This document shows, piece after piece, positions 18,679-27,588 of a DNA stretch of 57,813 nt (its first letter is position 1; every line of letters begins with the position of its first letter). Source of the DNA: an uncultured Candidatus Saccharibacteria bacterium. Its GTDB lineage: Bacteria > Patescibacteriota > Minisyncoccia > UBA9983. The DNA lies in contig CAYJQX010000005.1 in the NCBI GenBank assembly GCA_964372755.1, positions 1 through 57,813 on the forward strand. Reading direction: 5' to 3'. Both the position numbers and the translations under genes were made by a program. The notes below the pieces were generated by a model that was not told where the DNA came from, ran no database searches, and was given only the letters and a program-made list of their open reading frames with translations.

Positions 18679-19509
18679 TTACCTTAGATTAAAAACTCTT
18701 TTGGCGTTTTCAAAAATTTTTTTCTCCGTCAAAGAATAGTCTTCACCTCTGATTTCAGCGATTTTTTTGATGACTTCCAAGACATAAGCCGGTTCGTTGC
18801 GTTTGCCCCGATAAGGCACGGGCGTAACATAAGGCGCGTCGGTTTCGGCCATAATCATATCTAGCGGGATTTTTTTGATCACCTCGTCGTAATTTCGGGC
18901 AAAGGTGATAACGCCGGTAAAAGACATAGTGAATCCGAGGGCTAAAAACTGCTGGGCCGTTTCCCAATCGCCGGCAAAAAAATGAACATTACCCCGCAGT
19001 TTGTCGCCAAATTTATTTTTGTATTCTTTAATCATTGAAATGGTTTCCGAATACGCCTCACGCACATGGAGCATAAGAGGTTTGTTAAGCTCCAGCGCCA
19101 ACTCTATTTGCGCTTTAAAAGTATCCACCTGCTTTGCTTCGTTACTTTTTTCACCTCGATAAAAATCCAGTCCGCATTCCCCTATCGCTACCACTTTCTC
19201 GTCCATCGCCAAGTTTTTGTAATATTCATAATCAAAATCTTCGGCGCGGGAATTAAAAGTTTGTCCGTTCTCTCCCACTTCGTCCTCATCATGGAATGAT
19301 TCAAAAGTGTGGATCGGATGCAAACCGACTATCCCCCAAAGACCGCTCTCGCGCAAATGCGCCGTCTCAACTGCTCGTTTGGATGTGCGGGCTTCGGCGC
19401 CAACGGTAATAATCCCTACACCAGTTTTAAACGCGCGATCAATAACCGCTTCTTTGTCATCCTTAAAAGCGAAAAAATTCAAGTGGGAGTGGATGTCTAT
19501 CGCTTTCAT
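18679..19509 (-). CDS. tatD: TatD family deoxyribonuclease
   Basis: DIHSHL, GLHP, AIGECGLD, LHVR, VHFFAG and ETDAPY motifs. Confidence 0.96.
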   Translation of the reverse strand: MKAIDIHSHLNFFAFKDDKEAVIDRAFKTGVGIITVGAEARTSKRAVETAHLRESGLWGIVGLHPIHTFESFHDEDEVGENGQTFNSRAEDFDYEYYKNLAMDEKVVAIGECGLDFYRGEKSNEAKQVDTFKAQIELALELNKPLMLHVREAYSETISMIKEYKNKFGDKLRGNVHFFAGDWETAQQFLALGFTMSFTGVITFARNYDEVIKKIPLDMIMAETDAPYVTPVPYRGKRNEPAYVLEVIKKIAEIRGEDYSLTEKKIFENAKRVFNLR

Positions 19510-19557
19510 AATTTATCAGTCAGTATAACATAAACAAAATCGAGGAATAAAAAAGTG

Positions 19558-19594
19558 CCCCAGACTCCACAGGTCTGACCTGTGGAGTCTGGGG
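19558..19594. repeat. Perfect 18-bp palindrome with 1-nt spacer (GTC-N-GAC centre)
   Basis: ccccagactccacaggtc-t-gacctgtggagtctgggg. Confidence 0.9.
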
Positions 19595-19626
19595 GCTTTC
19601 AGTATATCAGTTTGAATATAAAAAAA

Positions 19627-19654
19627 CCCTCGGTCTGCCGAAGCAAACCGAGGG
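19627..19654. other. GC-rich hairpin 3' of DGR-type variable region (cis hairpin and/or terminator)
   Basis: ccctcggtctgc-cgaa-gcaaaccgaggg, ~25 bp downstream of the target gene stop. Confidence 0.7.
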
Positions 19655-19678
19655 TCTGAGCGTCCAAGAGACAAAGTA

Positions 19679-20413
19679 TCAGGCTTGCGCTGGAGCCAAA
19701 GTTTCCGAGGATTCAAGCACAGAATTGAGAGAGAACACCTGATTGCCAGCATTCCACCTGCTCGGATTCCCGACGGAGAGCGCATAGACGAGCCAGCCGT
19801 CAGCGCTCCAGCTCCAGTACACGCCGACCGTCCGGAGCAAACCAGCGCTATCCCTGACATAGAAGATGTTGGCGTAGCCGTCGGTGAGAAGAGCGCCGTT
19901 TTCGCCATTCGATTGTTTCTCCATAAGGGAGAAAACTTCCGTCAGAGTGGTTTCTGCTCTCGCCTCACCGCCGAGTTCGGCGATGATAGGGCCGTCCATC
20001 GAGGACTGCCGCAACTTGTGGTAGCGGAGAGTTTGCTCGCTGATCGGGTCTTCGGTTTTGCCGTCACCTGCGAGGTACCACTCGGTGAAGTTGCCGCCAA
20101 GGTGGCTAATCTTGACCTTGGCTTTGCGGCCAGTGTCACGAATAAACTTCTCTTTGGCGACGAACTTGCTAGTGGTCGCAGGCACTACAACCGTCGAGAC
20201 GAGCTCGAGGAGGGATGGTTCATTGGTCACTTGCTCACCAATAACCTTCCCTCCATTCTTGAGGAAGGAGGTGAACTGTCGTCCGGCTTCCTTCGGGTTA
20301 CGGACGATGAAATCCTGTAAACCCGACGTCTTAAAGTCAACATCTTCCCAGTCAGTGTTCACGGCCAGGGTGGCCATAACCTGATGGGATTGGTCAAGAG
20401 TGATTTGTCCCAT
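19679..20413 (-). CDS. DGR-type variable (CLec-fold-like) target protein 1
   Basis: C-terminus NIFYV...TVGVYWSW..DGWLVYALSVGNPSRWNAGNQVFS resembles DGR variable regions; NNY codons at putative variable sites; GC-richer than flanks; downstream hairpin. Confidence 0.75.
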   Translation of the reverse strand: MGQITLDQSHQVMATLAVNTDWEDVDFKTSGLQDFIVRNPKEAGRQFTSFLKNGGKVIGEQVTNEPSLLELVSTVVVPATTSKFVAKEKFIRDTGRKAKVKISHLGGNFTEWYLAGDGKTEDPISEQTLRYHKLRQSSMDGPIIAELGGEARAETTLTEVFSLMEKQSNGENGALLTDGYANIFYVRDSAGLLRTVGVYWSWSADGWLVYALSVGNPSRWNAGNQVFSLNSVLESSETLAPAQA

Positions 20414-20548
20414 TGCAGTTTCCTTTCTTTAACAATATGCTTTCGCTCGGTAAACCTGCCGAGCCAAGTAGGGAGAAGAGCTCCCAGAAATCTGTGGTGG
20501 AGATTAGCACAGGCAGGCTGGTTTGTCAAAGTTTTTTAGCAATAACCC

Positions 20549-21220
20549 CTACCTAATCAACCTATCTGCAATAACAGGAATTTCTTTGGTAAAAAATTCT
20601 TTTACCGTATTCCAGACGGCAGAGAAAAGTATCTCTGGCTCGGGATCGCTTTCAGCGTCCTCAAAGTAGACCAAGGCTTTCAAGATATGATGGTAGTCGT
20701 GAGCAATAGACGGATACTGAACTTTAAGCCTTTTAATAGTCTCCTCTAAAGGTTCAAGATTGTTCGCGCACCAATACAGGTCAAAGAAATCGCGTTTCCT
20801 GCCTCTTTGGGATACGGCTGTGATTTTCATTACGGCGACATCAATTTTATCAATTATCCGAATTGATCCGTGCCAGAGAAATTCTTGTTTCGGAACAAAA
20901 AACGGATAAGTGATAAAACTTATTTTTGCGCCGAATAATTCTCCATAAATTGTGTTTTTTTCCATCACTTCTGTCATCCAATCAGGGTTGTTTATGAAAT
21001 TAGCCAAAAGCTCTTGCCCGTCAAAATCTTTTTCTTGAGTAAAAAAATCAAGGTCATAAGATTTGCGGTTACCGGTCTGTAAAGCGAGTGCTGTACCTCC
21101 AGCCAAATACCAAGAAGAGTCTTTTAGCCAATTTTCCGAAGACAAATAATCAAGAGCTTTTTTTGTCTCGCTCGGCAAGGTTTCGTAATGCCAATTTAGT
21201 TTTTTAGCATCAGCGTCCAT
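20549..21220 (-). CDS. AbiEii/MenT-like nucleotidyltransferase toxin (type IV TA)
   Basis: LAGGTALALQ.G.R.SYDLDFF; MKITAVSQRGRKRDFFDLY. Confidence 0.9.
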   Translation of the reverse strand: MDADAKKLNWHYETLPSETKKALDYLSSENWLKDSSWYLAGGTALALQTGNRKSYDLDFFTQEKDFDGQELLANFINNPDWMTEVMEKNTIYGELFGAKISFITYPFFVPKQEFLWHGSIRIIDKIDVAVMKITAVSQRGRKRDFFDLYWCANNLEPLEETIKRLKVQYPSIAHDYHHILKALVYFEDAESDPEPEILFSAVWNTVKEFFTKEIPVIADRLIR

Positions 21221-21420
21221 AAATTTTTAGTGCTGGGCCTCAAGGACCTTGATTTTGAGATAACGTCTCTTAAAAATGACCTGTCGTAATGATCCAAAAC
21301 CCAACGGGCTTCTTTGTCGTTGCCAAGGTCAGCGATGCGTTCAATGATATATTGAGCGTTTTTCTCCACATCTATTTTTTTTGGGTCAGTGTCCCAAAAT
21401 AATGCTTGACGAAACTCCAT
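21196..21420 (-). CDS. Small antitoxin partner (DUF6922-like)
   Basis: LFWDTDPKKIDVEKNAQYIIERI..LG pattern; overlaps the toxin start. Confidence 0.75.
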   Translation of the reverse strand: MEFRQALFWDTDPKKIDVEKNAQYIIERIADLGNDKEARWVLDHYDRSFLRDVISKSRSLRPSTKNLWTLMLKN

Positions 21421-21472
21421 AATACTTCTAATTATAGCACATTTATTCCAAACAATAAAGAACGGATTTTCG

Positions 21473-22897
21473 TCAGTCTCTGCGTGGAAACAAAGACTCG
21501 TTTGGGACCTTGTTTTCTTTTATGAGATTTTTAATTTTCTCCGCTGTCTCCGGCAAAATCGGAGTAAGTAAAAAGGCGATAAACGAAAGTTCGCCCACCA
21601 TTTTTTTAATCATCTCCTTCCCTCTTTCCGAGTCCGATTTTACAACCACGAAAGGTTTTTCTCTTTGGATAAAACCGTCCATCTCGGCGATCTTCGCCCA
21701 AATAAAGTCGCTGGCTTTGTTTATTTCAAATTTTTCCAAGTAATTTGTGTACTCCGCGGGAAAATCACATTCTTTAAGAGAGTCTGGTTTATCCACATTA
21801 TCCGAAGCCATTTTCATTACACGACTTACCAAGTTCCCCAAACCATTCGCCAAGTTGGCGTTATAGGCCATTTTAAATTTTTCCATCGTCATATCGCTGT
21901 CTTCAAAAGGGTGAAGCTCACGGGCAATATAATAACGCAGGGCGTCCGTGCCGTAGTCCCTGACAATTTCCTCAGGCGAAATAACATTGCCCAAAGATTT
22001 GGACATTTTTTGGCCGTCGCTCACAATAAAGCCAAAAATAATAATTTGTTTTGAGAGTAGAATACCGGAGGACAAAAGCATCGCCTGCCACATAGCGGAT
22101 TGTTGTCGTAAATTGTCTTTTCCCGCCACTTGCGTTACCGGCCACCATTTGTTAAACATCTCCATATCACTGGGGAACCCTATCGCCGAAATGTAGCTCA
22201 CAAGCGCGTCAAACCACACATACATCACTTGGCTGTCATCATTTGGCACCGGCACACCCCACGGCATTTTGGATTTGAGTCGCGAGATACTGAAGTCGGT
22301 TAAGCCTTGCGAAACAAACGACTTTATTTCGTGGAGCCTTGTCTCCGGCAAAACAAAATCTGGATTTTTTTCATAAAGCTCTAGCAAAGCCGATTGATAT
22401 TTAGAAAATCGAAAAAAATAATTTTCCTCTTCAATTAGTTCAATGTCTTTATTGGGGTGGATAGGACAACGGCCATCCTCAAGCTCCGAATCGGTTTTCT
22501 CCAACTCACAGCCGACACAATATTTTACGGCGTATAATTTTTTGTAGATATCGCCGTTTTTGTTACATCTATTCCAAAATTCCTGCGCCGCTTTAACATG
22601 GCTTTCACTAGTCGTTCGGAGGAAACTATCCGTGCTCAAATTAAGAACACTTTTGAGTTCCTCAAATTTTTTGGCGCAAGCGTCAACATACTCCTGCGGA
22701 GTCTCCCCCTCCTCTATCGCCTTTTGATAAATTTTTTGCCCATGTTCATCCGTGCCGGTATTAAAAAAAACTTCTTGGCCTTGTGCTTTCTTAAACCGCG
22801 CCACAATATCCGCCCGCACAATCTCGGCGGCAAAACCGATGTGCGGTTCGCCGTTTACATAAGGTAACGTTGTAGTAATATAATATTTATCTTTCAT
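21473..22897 (-). CDS. metG: Methionine--tRNA ligase (short form)
   Basis: YITTTLPYVNGEPHIG, TGTDEHGQK, YVWFDAL, KMSKS; start set at ATG 22897 because the 26-aa extension is encoded by a repeat. Confidence 0.97.
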   Translation of the reverse strand: MKDKYYITTTLPYVNGEPHIGFAAEIVRADIVARFKKAQGQEVFFNTGTDEHGQKIYQKAIEEGETPQEYVDACAKKFEELKSVLNLSTDSFLRTTSESHVKAAQEFWNRCNKNGDIYKKLYAVKYCVGCELEKTDSELEDGRCPIHPNKDIELIEEENYFFRFSKYQSALLELYEKNPDFVLPETRLHEIKSFVSQGLTDFSISRLKSKMPWGVPVPNDDSQVMYVWFDALVSYISAIGFPSDMEMFNKWWPVTQVAGKDNLRQQSAMWQAMLLSSGILLSKQIIIFGFIVSDGQKMSKSLGNVISPEEIVRDYGTDALRYYIARELHPFEDSDMTMEKFKMAYNANLANGLGNLVSRVMKMASDNVDKPDSLKECDFPAEYTNYLEKFEINKASDFIWAKIAEMDGFIQREKPFVVVKSDSERGKEMIKKMVGELSFIAFLLTPILPETAEKIKNLIKENKVPNESLFPRRD

Positions 22898-22908
22898 ATT
22901 TTCCTGCT

Positions 22909-22945
22909 TTGCCAAGCCATAGCTTCTTAGCGAAGGCTGGCGGGG
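22909..22945. repeat. ccatagcttc-NN-agcgaagg palindrome family copy upstream of metG
   Basis: Shares its core with the 33-bp inserts at 43755-43787 and 53699-53731. Confidence 0.7.
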
Positions 22946-23021
22946 CGTCTTTTTTGCATAAGCTCCGAGAAACACGGATAATTTTCTGCTGAAAATTTCC
23001 TAATGCTCGCTCCGGTCGAGC

Positions 23022-23050
23022 CTCTCCTCGAGTCTGAGCGACCTCGGAGT
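23022..23050. repeat. Intergenic copy of 29-bp repeat also found in uvrB
   Basis: ctctcctcgagtctgagcgacctcggagt vs 51603-51631 ctctcctcgattttgagcgacctcggagt (2 mismatches). Confidence 0.85.
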
Positions 23051-23113
23051 CGATGACGAAATTGTTTCTCTGGGAGCCTTATGCGGAAATTACAAGAGCA
23101 GATTACAGGAAAG

Positions 23114-24172
23114 TTATGTGTTTTCTGAAGCTTTCCTCTTTTTCATCTCTATATCATCCACAAATTCCATCAACACAGTGGCGACAGGCACAGCTAGAAG
23201 CAAACCAAAAAACCCTCCTAATCTCCCTCCAATCACTAAAGCAAGTATGACTATCATAGGAGAAACGCCGATAACGCGCCTCACTACCAGCGGATAAATC
23301 AAATGATTTTCAAATTGTTGGATAATCACATAAAGAAGAAAAGTATAAATGGCGAGAACTGGACTCTGGAGAAGAGCGATAGCAATGGCGGGAATAGCCG
23401 CTAAAACGGGACCAAAAAGAGGAATAAGTTCCAGAAGACCGGCCAAAATAGCCAAAGGAAGAGGATAATCCACTTTTAGGATGAGCAAGCCTAGGAAAGT
23501 AAGCACGCCCACCAAAAGCCCGAGGAGCAACTGTCCTTTTGCCCATATTCCAATCTTGTCTCTGCTTCTTCGCCATAGGTCCAAAATATATTTCTCGTGC
23601 TGGGACGGCGTTACCACCCGCAAAAAATTTTCCACTCCTTTTTCTTGCACTGCCAAATAAAAAGAAAAAACCACCATAAGGGCAAAAGAAACCACACCCC
23701 CAAAAGCTTCGGTAATGGTGGTAAAAGAACCGTTAGTGAAATTTTGAACGGCGATTTTCATGGTCGTCGCCACTTCCAGCAACGGCTTTGAGATGAAAAC
23801 AGGGAGTCCGGGAAAAATCTTGCCAATCCCTTGAGGTCCAAAGGTTTGATCCAGATAAATCGGCGCTGAAGCCACAAAATCGCTCAAATCTTTAAAAAGA
23901 GGCGGAACAAAAATATAGATGATCGCTCCGAGCGATGAAAAAAGAGCAAGATAAACAAGAATAACGGAAAAAACTCGCGGAATTTTTCTTTTTGCTAAAA
24001 ACAAAACCGCTGGTTCTATGCCTGAAGCGATAACCACGGAAAACAAAACCACCGCCGCCAAATCGCGCAAATAATATAAAATGGCAATAAGAATAAGAGC
24101 CAAAAAAGCACGGAAAAATGTTCCGGTAGTGATAGTGATAACTTTGTTCTTATTTACGATTCTTGTGCTCAT
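23114..24172 (-). CDS. AI-2E (PerM) family transporter
   Basis: Multi-TM protein; LELIPLFGP, QQFENHLIYPLV and GGFFGLLLAVP motifs. Confidence 0.92.
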   Translation of the reverse strand: MSTRIVNKNKVITITTGTFFRAFLALILIAILYYLRDLAAVVLFSVVIASGIEPAVLFLAKRKIPRVFSVILVYLALFSSLGAIIYIFVPPLFKDLSDFVASAPIYLDQTFGPQGIGKIFPGLPVFISKPLLEVATTMKIAVQNFTNGSFTTITEAFGGVVSFALMVVFSFYLAVQEKGVENFLRVVTPSQHEKYILDLWRRSRDKIGIWAKGQLLLGLLVGVLTFLGLLILKVDYPLPLAILAGLLELIPLFGPVLAAIPAIAIALLQSPVLAIYTFLLYVIIQQFENHLIYPLVVRRVIGVSPMIVILALVIGGRLGGFFGLLLAVPVATVLMEFVDDIEMKKRKASENT

Positions 24173-25455
24173 ATGCTTTTTAATATTTCCAGGGTTTTTG
24201 TTTCTTGATTCTGGAAATCCCCTTCTTTAGTGATAACAGCAAGCGAAGTATTGTCCCTAGTGAATATTTCGTTCGCTACTTCTACAATATCACGATTTGT
24301 CACTTTCTCAATTTTGTCCATGATTTCTTTCGCCATAATAATTTTATTATAAAAAAGTTCTTGGTTTGCGAAGTATCCGGCAACATCGTCCGTTGTCTCA
24401 AACTGCAAGGCCAGCTGTCCTCTTATATGGCTTTTGGCATTTTTCAGCTCTTCTGATTTTAAGCCTTTCTTCTTTATTTCCCTGATTATTTTTACAACCG
24501 CGCCTACAGCTTCCTCCAGTTTATCGTGCCTAACACCCGAAGAGATTCCAAAAATTCCGGCATCCCTATAATAACTAGGACTGGCGTAAATATAATAGGC
24601 CAAACCTTTTTTGACTCTAATTTCCTGAAAAAGTTTAGAAGACATGCAACCCCCCAAGACAACCGCAAGAATATCCAGCACGTAACGCTTTTCGTCATAC
24701 ATATCAAACGAGCGGAAACCAAGAGAAAAATGAGTTTGATCCACTTTTTTCGTTTTAATTTTCACTTTGGATTCCTGTTTATGGAGGTTGGTTTTTAAAA
24801 TCTCCGGCCGAGCCTTGCGTGGCAATCTGCCAAAAACTTTTTTTATATCTTCCAAAACTTCCTTAGTTTTAAAATTTCCCGCTACGGCAATGACGGTGTT
24901 TTTTCCCAAATAGTATTTTTGCTTATGATGTAAAATATCTTCTCTGGTAATGGATTTCAAACTTTCTTTTTTCCCGATAATATCCCGCCCTATCGGCTCA
25001 TCGCCAAAAACAATATTTTCCAATACATCGTGCACCTTTCGGCGCGGATTATCTTCGTTCATGTCCATTTCTTGCTCAATAACGGATTTTTCTTTTTTGA
25101 TTTCTTTATTGTCAAAAAGAGAGTTGAGAAGCATATCTCCCAAAACATCCAGCGCGATCTTGAAATCTTTTGAAGCGGATTTTACCCAAAATCCTGTTTC
25201 TTCTTTGGAGGTAAAAGCGTTGTAAGACGCGCCGATTTTGTCCAATTCTCGGCTAATAGCCCCAGAGCTCGATCTTTTCTTTGTCCCTTTAAAAAATAAA
25301 TGCTCCAGAAAATGGGAGATGCCGGCAAGTTTGGTATTCTCATCGCGCGAGCCGACGCCAAAAAGCACGGCCAGCGTTACCGCTTCCGTGTTTTTGTTTG
25401 GGATCAGCACGACTCTCGCGCCGTTTGGAAGAGCGTATTTTTGATAATCTGTCAC
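24169..25455 (-). CDS. M16 family Zn peptidase
   Basis: GISHFLEHLFFKGT (HxxEH), NAFTS, SSKLFQEIRVKKGLAY. Confidence 0.95.
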   Translation of the reverse strand: MTDYQKYALPNGARVVLIPNKNTEAVTLAVLFGVGSRDENTKLAGISHFLEHLFFKGTKKRSSSGAISRELDKIGASYNAFTSKEETGFWVKSASKDFKIALDVLGDMLLNSLFDNKEIKKEKSVIEQEMDMNEDNPRRKVHDVLENIVFGDEPIGRDIIGKKESLKSITREDILHHKQKYYLGKNTVIAVAGNFKTKEVLEDIKKVFGRLPRKARPEILKTNLHKQESKVKIKTKKVDQTHFSLGFRSFDMYDEKRYVLDILAVVLGGCMSSKLFQEIRVKKGLAYYIYASPSYYRDAGIFGISSGVRHDKLEEAVGAVVKIIREIKKKGLKSEELKNAKSHIRGQLALQFETTDDVAGYFANQELFYNKIIMAKEIMDKIEKVTNRDIVEVANEIFTRDNTSLAVITKEGDFQNQETKTLEILKSI

Positions 25456-25559
25456 TTTCTACATTATATCATAAATATAGAAAAATGCAAAGCCAAGCCT
25501 CGCCGTACAAAACAAAAGCCCCGATATTCCTATCGAGGCCGAAATAATCGTATATGTTT

Positions 25560-26051
25560 TTATACAATTTTTCTGGATTTAACTATTGAGCTCACCCATC
25601 GAGAAAATAATCTGGAAAACAGTCTTGCCAGCGTTATGTGAATAGCAATACTGTTGAACAGTCTGAAATTTTCCTCCGCGCCACGAAACTCTTCTTGTAC
25701 CTTTCTTGGTGTTTTTTCTAGCCCAAATCGAAGATTGTTTATTTTATAAATAATAAAAAACAAAGGAACAAGAAACAGGTTTGCCGAAAGATGAAAAGAG
25801 ACATAAAAAAGCACCCACAGAAAAATAAAGTCCAAGTCTCTATTTTCGAAAATAATCGACGTCTGGCTTAAATCTGCGGCCATACCTCCTCCGAATATGA
25901 TTCCGCTCACAACACCGATAAGTCCGGCAAAAGCCATTATGCCCATTACTTCAGCTTCATTGTCTTTTTCCTCGTAAGAGGAATGAGCAGATCTTTTTAC
26001 CAATTTCAAGACTCTGAAAACCGCTAAGAAAAAATGTGTCGGGGAATTCAT
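25560..26051 (-). CDS. Orphan membrane protein
   Basis: 163-aa ORF with two TM segments, GGAGG SD and own downstream hairpin (25518-25539). Confidence 0.6.
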   Translation of the reverse strand: MNSPTHFFLAVFRVLKLVKRSAHSSYEEKDNEAEVMGIMAFAGLIGVVSGIIFGGGMAADLSQTSIIFENRDLDFIFLWVLFYVSFHLSANLFLVPLFFIIYKINNLRFGLEKTPRKVQEEFRGAEENFRLFNSIAIHITLARLFSRLFSRWVSSIVKSRKIV

Positions 26052-26277
26052 TTCAACACCTCCGTTTTTTTGGAAAAAAAGTAATGAGAAAAATTTATAA
26101 AGAAAAAACCTCTTCTATCCTAATTCTTTGACATCAAGAAATCAAGAATATATCGATCTGTTCTGGCTTTCCAAAAAAACAAAACTTGGAGTCAATCTGC
26201 TCCGAGTCTTAAAATCTTATTCTTCACCACTCCCTTTTGGGGGATGGCATCTATAAAGACGACGCGTCAACCAGTCT

Positions 26278-27579
26278 TTAAGAAAGTTTACTTGCAAGCT
26301 CGCTGATAACTACCCTCTCCTGCTTCCCAGAATCCCTGTCGCGAAGGGTAACCGTCCCATCCTCGAGTGTTTGAAAATCCACCGTTACGCAAAATGGCGT
26401 GCCGATTTCGTCTTGGCGACGATAGCGTTTGCCGATATTGCCGTTGTCGTCCCAAACAACAGCAGGAATTTCTTTTTTCAAATTTTTAAAAATCTCGCGC
26501 GCTTTATCCACCAACTCCGATTTATTTTTTAGCAGAGGGAAAACCGCCACTTTAATCGGCGCAAGGGCCGGAGCAAGTTTAAGGTAAGCGCGAGGCTCGC
26601 CATTCATCTTGTCTTCGGTATAAGCATCGCAAAGGACAGCAAGAACGGTGCGACCTACACCGAGAGATGGCTCAATAACATGAGGAATAAATGCAGTATT
26701 GTTTTCCTCGTCGCGATAAGTTAAGTCCACCCCGCTCGCTTCGCTATGTTTTTTTAAATCATAATCCGTGCGATAAGCAAGGCCGTAGAGCTCTTTTCGC
26801 CCGAAAGGAAAATCATATTCAAAATCTATGGTGCGACTTGAGTAATGCGCTCTATCACCATCTCCCACCTCCAACTCGTGAACATTATCTTTGTTTAGCC
26901 CCAAAGCCTTAAACCATTCGTGCATCATGCCACGCCACTCCTCAAAAGAGCTTTGCCAATCATCCGGACGAGTAAAATATTCCACTTCCATCTGTTCGAA
27001 CTCCCGCGAACGGAAAACAAAATCTCGTGGAGCTATCTCATTCCTAAACGCTTTGCCGATTTGCCCCAAACCGAATGGCAACTTGGGATGGATGGAATCG
27101 ATAATGTTTTTAAAATTCACGAACATCCCTTGAGCCGTCTCGGGACGGAGATACGAGACAGAGCTTTCGTCTTTCACGGGACCGATATTTGTTTCAAACA
27201 TCATATTGAATTGTCTTGGCTCGCCAAATTCTCCCTTACACTCTGGACATTTTTTCGCATCTTCAAGTAAATCGGCCCGAAAACGCTTTTTACATTTTTT
27301 GCATTCCACCATCGGGTCGGAAAATCCTTCCGTATGTCCCGAAGCTTGCCACACTTTTTGGTTCATCAGTATCGCCGAGTCCACGCCATACATATCTTCG
27401 CGTGATTCGACAAACATCCGCCACCACATTTTTTTGATGTTGTTTTTGAGCGCCACGCCATACGGGCCGTAATCCCAAGTACCCGCCAAACCGCCGTAGA
27501 TTTCCGAACCCGGATAAATAAATCCGCGCCTTTTGCAAAGAGAAATTATTTTTTCCATAAGTATGTTATCTTTTATCAT
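26278..27579 (-). CDS. glyQS: Glycine--tRNA ligase, alpha2 type
   Basis: RRGFIYPGSEIYGG, LRPETAQG, FRNEI.PR.F.FR.REFEQME, IEPSLGVGR, anticodon-binding domain. Confidence 0.97.
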   Translation of the reverse strand: MIKDNILMEKIISLCKRRGFIYPGSEIYGGLAGTWDYGPYGVALKNNIKKMWWRMFVESREDMYGVDSAILMNQKVWQASGHTEGFSDPMVECKKCKKRFRADLLEDAKKCPECKGEFGEPRQFNMMFETNIGPVKDESSVSYLRPETAQGMFVNFKNIIDSIHPKLPFGLGQIGKAFRNEIAPRDFVFRSREFEQMEVEYFTRPDDWQSSFEEWRGMMHEWFKALGLNKDNVHELEVGDGDRAHYSSRTIDFEYDFPFGRKELYGLAYRTDYDLKKHSEASGVDLTYRDEENNTAFIPHVIEPSLGVGRTVLAVLCDAYTEDKMNGEPRAYLKLAPALAPIKVAVFPLLKNKSELVDKAREIFKNLKKEIPAVVWDDNGNIGKRYRRQDEIGTPFCVTVDFQTLEDGTVTLRDRDSGKQERVVISELASKLS

Positions 27580-27588
27580 AAAGAAACT

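Noticed and set aside
19516-20384. Overlapping ORFs 19516-19908, 19685-20320 and 20058-20384
   Set aside because: Shadow ORFs of the GC-rich DGR target and its hairpins; no recognisable motifs
22898-22975. 26-aa N-terminal extension of MetRS
   Set aside because: Encoded by a repeat copy; the conserved protein starts at MKDKYYITT
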